Shown one piece after another: positions 52,960-64,000 of a stretch of 64,000 nt of DNA (positions are counted from its first letter, which is position 1; the number at the start of each line of letters is the position of its first letter). Source of the DNA: Chiloscyllium plagiosum (Eukaryota); assembly GCF_004010195.1 (NCBI RefSeq), contig NC_057749.1, positions 10,403,409 through 10,467,408 on the forward strand. Reading direction: 5' to 3'. The notes under the pieces are model-generated. The model was not told the origin of the DNA. It made no database searches and was given only the letters and a program-made list of their open reading frames with translations. A program made the translations under genes and the position numbers.

Positions 52960-53615
52960 TGCCTGAAGGAATTGAACAGAGAGACCTAGAGATTTAGGTA
53001 CATAATTCTTTGAAATTTGTATCACAGAAAGACAAGGTGGTTAAGAAAGTCTTTAGCACACTTGCTCAAACAATTGAGTATAGGAGTTGGGATGTCATGT
53101 TGAGGTTTTACAGGATGTTGGTTTTGAACATTTTTGGAGTACTGTGTTCAGTTCTGATCGCCCTGCCAATTGTTAAATTGGAGAGAGTTCAGAAGAGATT
53201 TAGTAGTATGTTGCTGGGAATGGAGGGTTTGAGTTATAAGGAGAGGCTGGATAAGCTGGGACTTTTCCCACTGGAGTGCAGGAGATTGAGGGGTGACATT
53301 AGAGAGTTTTAAAATTAGGAGGGGCATAATAAGGTGAATAGCAAACGTCTTTCACAGGGCATGGGAGTTCAAAACTAGAAAGCACATTTTTCGGGTGAGA
53401 GCCATTATATTTAAAAGGGAGCTTAGGGGCAACATTTTCACATTTTGTGTGGAATGAACTGTCAGAGGAAGTGGTAAATGCAGACGCAGTTATAATATTT
53501 AAAAGATATTTGAACAGGTACATTAATATGAAAGGTTTAGAGGGATATGGGTCAAACGCAGGCAAATGGGACAAGTTGAGTTTGGGAAACTTGATCGGCA
53601 TGGACGGGTTAGGCC
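52960..53615 (+). mobile_element. CR1 3' fragment
   Basis: IEYRSWDVML...LERVQKRF...LECRRLRGD. Confidence 0.85.
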
Positions 53616-54149
53616 AAAGGTGGTGGATTTGTGATGGATGACTCTACGTGATTCCAAAGCCACAGCTATATGGTTGACTCGTAACTGCCCTCTGAGCAAT
53701 GAGAATGGGTTATAAATGCTGGGATGGCCAAAGACACCCTCGTCCTCTGAATGAAATTTATTGAAAATAACAGGAAACAACTCCACTTTAACAAATGGCA
53801 GACAGACGATAGGATTTCTCATTTACAATCCTGAGGCTCCCATTCACAATTAAAATAGATAAGGGACAGATAATTTAACACAGATGTTATGGGTGAAAAA
53901 AAATAGACATAGCACAAAATTATGAAGGTCAGGAGTCCAGACTTTAAGGGTGGGTTCTATTGTCTCCTTCTGATTGTTGGAATGTTTACACACTGTTGTG
54001 TGTAAAGCAATGATTGATCTTCACTTTAATAGCTGGTCAGTGGGCCGAGCCCTTGTTAGAATTATTTCTTTATACTTCCTTGTATTTTTCTGGCTTTTCA
54101 CTCACATGGAGGGAAATGAAAATGCCAATTTCATGTGTATTTTACAATC

Positions 54150-55370
54150 GAGCAATGACGAGCTTTTTGAGGAAGTGATAAAGAAGACTGATTAAGGCAG
54201 TAACAGTAGACGTTGTCAATATGGACTTCAGCAAAGTGTTTGGCAAGATTCCACACGGTAGACTGGTTAATAATGTTAGGTCAAATGGAATCCGGGGAAC
54301 TAGCCAATTGGATACAAAATTGGCTTGAAGGTGGCAGAAGAGGGTGGTGCTTTTTGGACTGGAGCTCTGTGACCAGTGGTACACCACAAGAATTGGTGCT
54401 GGGTCCATTGGTTTTTGTCATTTATATAAATGATGCGGATGTGAATTTTGGAGGCATGGTTAGTAAGCTTACAGATGGCATTAAAATAGGTGGTGTAGTG
54501 GATAGTGAAGAAGATTATATCAGAGTAAAATAATGCCTTCATCAGATGGGCCAATGGGGTGAGGAGTGGCAGATGGAGTTCAATTTAGATAAATGTGAGG
54601 TGTGGTATTTTAGTAAGGCAAACCAGGGCAGGACTTAAAGAGTTAATGACAGGGCCCTGGGGAGTGCTGCTGAACAAAGAGACCGAGAGGCGCAGGTGCA
54701 TATTTTCTTGAAAGTGGAATCACAGATAGTGAAAAAGGCATTTAACATTCTTTCCTTTATTGGTCAGAACATTAAGTTGGGATGTCATGTTGTGACTGTA
54801 CAGAACATTGGTTAGGCCACTTTTATTTCAGTACACTGTGTACAATTCTGGTCACCCATTGAGGAGAAAGATGTTGTTAAACTTGAGACGTTGCAGAAAA
54901 AATTTACAAGAATGTTGCTGAACTGGACTGTTTGAGATATAGGGAGAGGCTGCATAGGCTGGGACTTCCTTCTCTGGAGCAACAGAGACTAAGGGGTGAC
55001 ATTATCATGGTTTATAAAATCATGGCAGGCATGGATAAGGTGAATAGCCAAAGTCTTTTTCCTAAGATGGGAAAATCCAAACCTAGAGGGTTTAAGGTAT
55101 CAGGAGAAAGATTTAAAAAGGACCTGAGAGGTAACTTTTTCACACAGAGAGTGGTGTGTGTATGGAATGAGCTGCCAGAAGAGTTGGTGGAGGCTGCTGC
55201 AATTACAACATTTAAAAGGCATCTGGATGGGTATATGAATAGGAAGAATTTAGTGGGATACGGGCCAAATGTTGGCAAATGGGACTAGATTAATTTAGAA
55301 TATCTGACCAGCATGAATGAGTTGGACCAAAGGGTCTGTTTCTGTGCTGTACAGCTCTATTACTCCACTA
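54150..55370 (+). mobile_element. CR1 LINE, RT to 3' end
   Basis: MDFSKVF, GTPQELVLGP, FFTQRVVCVWNELP and 3'UTR. Confidence 0.92.
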
Positions 55371-55799
55371 CTTATTACAATTCTAACCATCCTAATCAAT
55401 TCTAACCATCTAAACAAAATTATCAATGCACACTCTTATCACAGAACCTCTCCTTTTTAAACCCCTACAAATGCATGCAGTCAAATACAGGCAAACAAAC
55501 AAACATCAATGTTATTGATGGAAGGAAAAATATTGGGGAAGCACAGTCGAATAGTATCAATGTGGGGGTGTGTGTACGCAAACTCATGTGGCAAAGTTGC
55601 TAGCATCTGTGTTGAAGATCCATATGGACATGGCAGACTGATGGCTTCCAAGCATGCTGTAACCATCTTATCATTCTAAGATAGATTCTGCCTTTACATC
55701 ACAACTTTTGCAGATGTTGAAAAGTGTTTTATAGCCCATGGAGTACTTTGCTAAACTGCAGTCATCATTGTAACATGCAAAATGCAACAGGCAACATCA

Positions 55800-56475
55800 G
55801 ACCATGAGATCCAGGAACAGATTTACGCCATTGGGCCCATCAAGTCTGCTCCATCATTCAATCATGGCTGATAAAATTCTTAACACCTGCCTTCTCCCTG
55901 AAACCTTTGATTCCCTTAATAATCAAGAACCTATCTATCTCTGTCTTAAATATACTCAATGACTTGGCTTCCTCAGCCCTCTGCAGCAATGAGCTCCACA
56001 GATTCACCACCCCCCTCCTTCTTAGTTCTAAAGGCTCATTCCTTCAAACGGAGGCTGTGCCCTCGGGCCCTAGTCTCTTCTACTAGTGGAAACATCTTCT
56101 TCATGTCCACTCTATCCAGGCCTCTCAGTATTCTGTAGGTTTCAATGAGACTACCTCGTCTCCCAACCCCACTCCCCATCCTTCTAAACTCCATCGAGTA
56201 CAGACCCAGAATCCTCAACTGCCTCAATATGACAAGCCCTTCAACTTTTCACGCTGAGGGTAATGCATGTATGGAATCAACTCCCAGACAAAGTGGTGGA
56301 AGTTAGTACAAATACAACATTTAAAAGAAATCTGGATGGATATACGAATAGGAAGGACTTAGAGGGATATGGGCCATATGCTCGTAAATGGGACTAGATC
56401 AGATTTGGATGCCTAGTTAGTGCAGATGAGTTGGGCCGAAGGGTCTGTTTCTGTGCCATATAACTCTATGACTTG
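55800..56475. mobile_element. Back-to-back CR1 3' fragments (- 55800-56240; + 56245-56475)
   Basis: LIETYRILRGLDRVD on the minus strand; CR1 3'UTR on the plus strand. Confidence 0.8.
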
Positions 56476-56544
56476 AAGTGCTTATCATTGTAACAGATTG
56501 GTACTCATACTTACAAATGAGAAAAGTTGTCTCTAACAGTAATC

Positions 56545-56768
56545 CTGCATCCACCTATGGCCTTCCCAGCTACCTCACACCCCCAGCCTGACCCGCACTC
56601 TCCCATTTATCTCTCAGCTCCCTTCCACCCCTCACATTCTGGATGAAGGGCTCATGCCTAAAACATCGACTCTCCTGCTCCTCGGATGCTGCCTGACCTG
56701 CTGTGCTTTTCCAGCACCACACTTTTCAACTCACACTCTCCAGCATCTGCTGTCCTCACTTCCTCCCA
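56545..56768 (+). mobile_element. PLE terminus, family B
   Basis: Matches 37280-37473; flanking repeat aacagtaatc at 56535-56544 and 56769-56778. Confidence 0.8.
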
Positions 56769-58669
56769 AACAGTAATCAGTGTTGATTTTCTCACGCTGG
56801 TATTAAATTACCAAATCAAATTAATGAACAATGGCAAGACTTAGAACAACACAATCTGATATCATATTTTGCAATATAATCCAATTACTAATAACCCTTT
56901 CTCAGATTTTATTTGAAAGTTTAGAAAGCTTTGGCTGTGCCCTAATTTGTGATTATACAAAGATTTATTAGGTATGGAAATTGGTATCTGGAGCCTTGCT
57001 GCAAGGCAAAGAAATTTAACAACGAACTGCTCTATCCAGATGGATGCTTAAAATAGGTATTTTAGAAAGGAAAATATTTGCTTTGTGGATGTAACAACCT
57101 CTAGCTATTATGAATTTCCATTTTTTTGATATTTTCCATTCTCTGTAAGGAAACAAGGGCCACACAGCAGAACAGAACACAAAGCATTTCACTCGTTTAA
57201 ATGTTTGATCCTATCCTATCTCTGCTGATTATCAAAGTGGTAATGTCACTAAGTAGCAATGTAGAAGTCTAAGCTAATGTTTTGAGGTCATGGGTTTGTA
57301 CCTACCATGGTAAATGGTAAAATCTGAATGCAATAAAAACCTGGAAATTAAAAAAAAAACACTGGATTAATGGCAACCATGTAACCACAGTTGATTGCTG
57401 TAAAATCCCATCTCATTCCCGTCAGGAATGGAAATTTGTCATCCTTACCTGGCCTGGTTTACATGTGACTCCAGACTGACAGCAACGTGGCTGACTCTTA
57501 AGTGCCCTCTGGGCAATTAGGGATGGGCAATAAATGTTGGCCCTATCACAGATATCCATATCCCGTGAATGAGTAACGATGGTTTCAACACTGACCTCAA
57601 TTTTTAATTGTTCCAGTATTGGTGCTTTCAGCTGCCTGGGCTATAAGCACTGAAATTCCTTCCCTAAAGCTCTCTGCTTCTCTCATCATTTAAGAGTCTC
57701 CATTCTTTGACCATGCTTTCATTTAGCTGTCCAACAGTGTCCTGCGGTTCAATGCCAATAACATTCCTGTGAAGTGACTTGAGAAGCACTACTGTAAACC
57801 GAAGCTCTTTCCTTCTTTTGAGATCAGTTTCTGCATGATCCCAGATCTGTCCATCAACTTGGATACAATGGTGACTCCAACATGTGATGCCTGTCTTGTC
57901 GAGGATGGACAATAAACATTTTCTCTGTTTTTCTCCACACAGATGCCAGACCTGATGAGTTTATCCAGCATTCTTCGGGTTTATTTCAGATTTCCGGCAT
58001 CCGCTGAGAAGTCTTTATCAGGATGGGGATCCTACCTGATACATTCAACCTCTCATTCAAGGATGCTAAGTTCGCCTATCGATCCCCTATTGCCTCCCAA
58101 GCTAAGTTGTCGAAGGTAATGTCTGGGCCTTTCTTGTCTGTATGGCTAGTGGCCACAAACTTGATTCACAAATGAAATCTCTGGCAGAAGTACTAGGGAC
58201 CAATATTAAGGGCATATATAACTCTGCATTGACACAATTGACAAATTTAATAATAGAGACTAAAAGAAGATTCTCAGTAACACAGCTCCTATCACAGCCT
58301 TAGGGTGAATCAAAGATTATTGTAACCATTAAAGGAAATGCAGCAGCCAAATTGCTCAAATCAAGATCCCACCAGCGAAACAAAAATCGGGCTACCTTTT
58401 CAGTGATATGTCTCAGACGATATTAAATAAATTTAGGTTGTTTTATAAATGAGGTCTTGATATAAATCAAAATAAAATATTGACCAGCACACCGGGGAGA
58501 CTTCATCTTCTCTTCTTCAAAGGATTACTTTGGGATCTTTTATATGCAAAGGCAAATGTGGCCTCAGTTTTACATCTCATGCAAAAGATAGCACTTCTAG
58601 CAGCCCTGCCCTGGGGCTGGTTCTCAACTCTTTCAGCAAGGACAGGGCTAAGAAAATGCTACGCTTAGG

Positions 58670-59435
58670 TGTGCAGTGGAATCCCATTTGCATGTATCCC
58701 TGCTCAGACGGAATTTCACGCTGGCCTTAGGGTCCTGAACCTCCCTCAGGAGCACATGCCCACTGTCGCGTTTTGGGTATGTGCAATATGCCATTTCACC
58801 TTGCATAAGGCAGTTTATGTACAGGCTGCTGATACACACTATCCATCTTGACTCCTTTGTCAGCTGCCCAGACACATCTTGGCATGCTCATTTGCCACCA
58901 AGTGGTGGGGATCCCCAGTGGATGACTCTCTACATGGGAGTCCTCCTATTTTCCACTGGGGACCTGAGCTGCAGGGTGTTGCATGCAGCAGTTCCGTATG
59001 ACTGCACATTGTAGCGGTTCACGGGCTCCCATCCCAACTGTATTTTGCGGTGCTGTGAAGTTCGTGGACCATGTGCATATTGGTTGCAGGCAATTGCAGC
59101 CCGTTTTTATTCATTCAGAAAACTTTTTGTTGTGTTTTTGATTACGCCTCAGCCCCATGTTCCATATTTGGGCACCTGTTGCGGAGGGGTGTGGGCAGAA
59201 TGGAGGGATCGCCTTGTGTGTCTGCTCCTGGCCTGGATGTAAATAGGTCCAGTTAGCGAGCCATGGATGGGGCCATCTCTGCTGACTGTCTGACCCTTTT
59301 CCATTATTATGTTAGTGCCCGGGTGTTATTACAGCTTGAGCTATGGCATCCATAAAGCCCTCAATGCCTTTTGAGAGAAGTGGGCACTACAGGGGATACA
59401 GTGGTCTATTTCCCCCTCCCCCATTTTCATTTAAC
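58670..59435 (+). mobile_element. Tx1-like LINE ORF2 C-terminal relic
   Basis: PDTSWHAHLPPSGGDPQWMTLYMGVL...GDLSCRVLHAAVP, then a C-x2-C...H zinc-knuckle-like stretch and IFGHLLRRGVG. Confidence 0.65.
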
Positions 59436-59811
59436 ACCTTCTTGTTCTCCCTGCACAACCTGACCCCTCACTCTTGATGATTTGCATTGCCCATAGTGGG
59501 CTTTGCATGTAAACTTCTAATTGGCTACACAGGTGACTACTGGTAGTGTTACTAGTTAAAAATGCAAAACAAAACGTCACAGTCATTTGGTCATTCGGTT
59601 GTGTGTGTTAACACTCTCCAGATCCAAAAGAAAATAAAGCAGACCCTGAGGGCTGTGGTGGTGCAATGGTAGTTCCGTACCTCTGAACCACAAGGGTTGT
59701 GCTCAAGTTCCAGCTGCTCCGGAAGGCTGTCATAACATCTCTGAACAGACTGATTCAAAGTGAAAGAAACTCTGTAATATTACACAGATAGAAATGCTTA
59801 GATTGAGAGAT

Positions 59812-62800
59812 TCAAGATGGCACCACTCTGAACAGTCTGCTGTGTTGGGCTCTGTGCCATACCCCAAGCAAGGTGGGCTTCTTCCCCCTCTTCCCCATTC
59901 GTCATCCCGAGGAAAGTTTGCAGCATAGAGTAGATAAAGCATCTGGAGCCCCTTTAATTTAGGATTTGGAAGATCTGGAGCTGATATGAAGACATTTAAG
60001 GGAAAGAGAGCACAGCAGGCAGGGCACTCTCCTGCTATGTCAGGCACACCCGCAGCCGTTACCTCGACTCCCATGACGGTGCCCTTGAGTTCACTGGAGC
60101 ATCAGAATTTACTAACTGAGTTTGCAAGACTCCGTGATAAAATCAAGGGAGCGCTGGAACCAATTACTGCCGTGCTGACAAAACAGGAGCAGGAGATCCG
60201 GGCCTTGAATCAGCACACGGAGGCAGTGGAGCAGAGGACCATGGCCTCAGAGGCCGCAGCGGAGAGCTCCAAGGGGAGGGTCCGAACCTTGGAAGGCCAG
60301 GCTCGGGCCCTGCAGGAACAAGTGTAAGCTTTTCACTGTGCCTCAGTACATGTGACAATAAATTCAATTCAATTCAATTTAATTCAAGTCGACAACCTCG
60401 AAAATCTTACCTGAGCTTGAAGAAAGTGAAATCCTTGCTCTTTTCCTCAAGAGCTGGCTTCCGGAGTTGCTGGGCCTGGATATCGAGTCGGGCCAGGTGA
60501 GTGTGGAGCGGGCCTACCGGATCAGGCCGGCTCAGCGCCTCTGTCCAGTCCTAGTGTGACTCCAGTAATGCAAGGAAAAGCATTTAATAATAGAAACAGC
60601 CAGAAGACTGAGATCCACAGGCTTTGGCTTACAAATTTCAAAAATAATGTCTTTTCATGACTTTTCTGGGGCCATAGTTAAGAAAAGGAAGACCCTTGAT
60701 GATGTAAAGAAAAAGTTAAGAGATATAAACATTCATTATTCTCCGAGGTACCCGGCGGTGCTACATCTCAATTATGAGGGAACTGTCTACAACTTCAACT
60801 GCCAAAAAAGTAAAAGACTTTTTGAACTCACTGAAATGATCGACTTTGGCCAAGGAGAAAGGAGGAAAAGAGGCATACGGACAATGGCATAATTTAACTT
60901 TTTTTGTATCTTCTCTCTATTTGTTCCTCTCCCTTTTAGGATCTTGGGCTTTATAGGCTTGGCATTGCTTTGGAGTAAAACCCGGTATGTTTGATATTAT
61001 ATCTGTTTGGAGGTTATTAGTTATTTTATTGTTCTGTTTTGCTGGGTGAGGGGCGGTTACTCCTTTAATGTAAAGATGTGTGGGGTTGGGATGACGGGGG
61101 GGGGGGTGGCGCCCAATGTTAACTTGTAGGAATGTAAATAGTATGTTTGTTTTCCTTGCTTGGGTTTGGGGCACGGCCTTAAATGGAAGGTGTTAGGATG
61201 GTTGTGAATGTCCCCTATGGGCAAGGGAGGGGAATCTCACAACCATTCTATTTGTGTGCTATTTGTGTTTATTTGTTTAAGTTAGGAGTAGAGGTTAGAT
61301 TTTAGTTTTGGTAGCATTGACAATAGACAATAGGTGCAGAAGTAGGCCATTCTGCCCTTTAAGTCTGCACCACCATTCAATATGATCATGGCTGATCATC
61401 CTTAATCAATATTCTGTTCCTGCCTTATCTCCATAACCCTTGATTCCACTATCCTTGAGAGCTCTATCCAACTCTTTCTTAAATGAATCCAGAGACTGGG
61501 CCTCCACTGCCCTCTGGGGCAGAGCATCCCACACAGCCACCACTCTCTGGGTGAACAAGTTTCTCCTCATCTCTGTCCTAAATGATCTACCCCGTATTTT
61601 TAAGCTGTGTCCTCTGGTTCGACACTCACCCATCAGCGGAAACATGTTTCCTGCCTCCAGAGTATCCAAACCTTTAATAATCTTATATGTCTCAATCAGA
61701 TCCCCTCTCAGTCTTCTAAACTCTAGGGTATACAAGCCCAGTCACTCCAGTCTTTCAGTGTAAGGTAATCCCACCATTCCAGGAATTGACCTCGTGAACC
61801 TACGCTGCACTCCCTCAATAGCCAGAATGTCTTTCCTCAAATTTGGAGACCAGAACTGCACACAGTACTCCAGGTGTGGTCTCAGCGGGGCACTGTACAG
61901 CTGCAGAAGAACCTCTTTGCTTCTATACTCAATGCTATTAACCTTCTTCACTACCTGCTGTACCTGCATGCTTACCTTCATTGACTAGTGTACAAGAACA
62001 CCCAGATCTCTCTGTACTTCCCCTTTACCTAAATTGATTCCATTTAGGTAGTAATCTGCCTTCCTGTTTTTGCCACCAAAGTGAATAACCATACATTTAT
62101 CCACATTAAACTGCATCTGCCATCATCTGACCACTCACCTAACTTGGCCAGGTTCCCTGTAATCTCCTAACATCCACATCACATTTCACCCTGCCACCCA
62201 ACTTAGTATCATCAGCAAATTTGCTAATGTTATTGTTATTGCTAATACCATGGGAATAGTCTTTAGATTTGATAAAGTCTGTTTTTTTCTCCACTCATCG
62301 CAAATTGATTGGGCTTCTTCCTCTCAGGGGACTGCGGGCTGTCGAGTGCGGTCATGGCTAATGATCTGATCAGGTGGTGCACCTGGAATATAAAGAGGAG
62401 CCACTCCCCCACTAAAAAGAAAAAGGTGCTTTCAAATTTTAGGACAGAAAGGGTTGACATCGCACTGTTGCAAGAGACATGTTTGACTGATATGGAACAT
62501 CTGAAGTTAGAGCGGGGGGGCGGGGGGGGGGGGGGGGGAGGAATACGATAGGGTATTCTTTTCCTCCTTTAACTCCAAAAGCAGAGGAGTGGCCATACTG
62601 GTATGAAAGAACCTCGATTTCAGATGACAGGTCAAATCAAAGATGTGTGTGGACTGTTTGTCATTCTCAAGGCGCTGAACATGGAGAAGAGTATGGCATC
62701 CTGAACATTTAATGTCCTCCGGCGGATCACTCAAACTTTCAGTTGATGTAGTCTCGAAATTAATGGCTCTTGGGGTGTACTGTACGATTATAGGAGGGGA

Positions 62801-64000
62801 CCTTAATTGTCTCATGGACCCTGGGGTAGACAGGATGCCAAGAGGACTGTCGGGTACACCTCAGCAGTCTACACAGTTAGTGGGCTTGTGAGAGGAGTTG
62901 GGGCTAGTGGATGTGTGGAGGTGCCTCCACTCGAATGGGAGGGACTTTACCTTTTACTCCAACCGGCACAAGTGTCACACAAGAACTGATATGTTCTTTG
63001 TTCTGATGGTTTGTTTGGACTTGGTGTTAGTCTGCAGAATTGGGAGCACAACTATTTCGGATCATGCAGCAGTATATTTGGATGTTATGAGCAAAGGTAG
63101 TGGAGTAGACATGCGGCAATGGTGCACGGATCCATATCTGTTGAAGGATGACAACTTTGTACAGTATATCACAAGGGAGTTCAGGGCTTTTTGGGACATC
63201 AGTCGAGGTATGGCCAGTAATCCATCAGTGCTCTGGAAGACCACCAAAGCATTCTGAAGGGGTATGATTATTTCATACTTGGCAATGAGAAGGAGTCGGA
63301 GGGGGGAGCAGCAGCAGATGCTCAAGGTCTGACTGAAGGCAGCCGAATCAGCATATTCTACCAGACCATCCGTGGTCAAATTACAATGTGTCATGGCTGT
63401 CCGGGCTGCTCTGGATTCAGTGCTCACACAAGAGGCAAAGAGAGGGGTCTCCTTTGCAAAGCAAAGGCTGGTTGAATATGGGGATAAGCCAGGTAGATAG
63501 GAAGAAAAGTGCTCTACAGTCCATTGTGTCTATCAGGGAGAGAACTGGTAATGTCACTAGTGAATTGAGGAAGATCAATGTCAGATTCCGAGAGTTCTAT
63601 GCAGAATTATACTGGTCAGAGGGCTGTAGGGATAGAGATGTGAGAATTGAATCATTCTTTGAAAACTTGAACCTCCCCGCTATAAACGCAGATCAGGCTT
63701 CCCTTTAAATGCATCTCTGACACTACAGGAGGTGCAGGAGGCAGTAAGGCAGCTCCAAGGTGGTAGGCACCCGATCCCCAGATGGATTCCCGAGTGAATT
63801 ACACAAGGAGTTCATGCACATGTTAAATGAACCACTGCTGGAGATGTATAATCATTCATATAGTCAGGACTGTCTTCTGCCTTCTCTTAGGGAGGCTAAC
63901 ATCTCCCTTATCTTAAAGAAACGGAAAGACCCCAAGGACTGAGTATCATATAGACCCATCTCGTTGTTGAATATGGATCTTAAAAGTGTTGGCTCTGAGA
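59812..64000 (+). mobile_element. Degenerate L1-clade LINE (5' end, ORF1, ORF2 endonuclease through RT start), running off the window
   Basis: Starts caagatggc. ORF1 has a coiled coil at 59986-60327 and HDFSGAIVKKRK...RYPAVL. ORF2 from 62354 has TWNIK, IALLQET, GGDLN, DVWR, SDH, SPDGF and YRPISLLNMDLK, with many stops and frameshifts. Confidence 0.92.
61320..62240 (-). mobile_element. CR1 3' fragment inserted between L1 ORF1 and ORF2
   Basis: ORFs 61406..61735 and 61742..61981; caatagacaatag tail. Confidence 0.93.

Overview
Vertebrate non-genic DNA, almost certainly from a shark or other elasmobranch (inferred from HE1/V-SINE-type tRNA SINEs, DeuSINE-type remnants and very abundant CR1 LINEs). 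Most of the window is decayed or nested mobile elements: many CR1 fragments, fold-back Penelope-like elements (PLEs) with 12-15 bp target-site duplications (TSDs) and minimal hammerhead ribozymes, a long degenerate L1 at the right end, Tx1-like and Rex/Babar fragments, a Harbinger relic, Tigger-type MITEs and a 33-bp minisatellite. I cannot support any intact host protein-coding exon. The standout is a non-repetitive, frameshifted reading frame at about 15.95-16.53 kb (+). Its reconstructed product aligns block by block with the fusion domain of the class III viral fusogens thogotovirus GP and baculovirus GP64, making it a candidate endogenous viral glycoprotein relic. That alignment was done by eye against sequences recalled from memory and needs a profile or structure search. 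There are two N gaps (3399-4269 and 34481-34654). Repeat boundaries are approximate unless a TSD is quoted.
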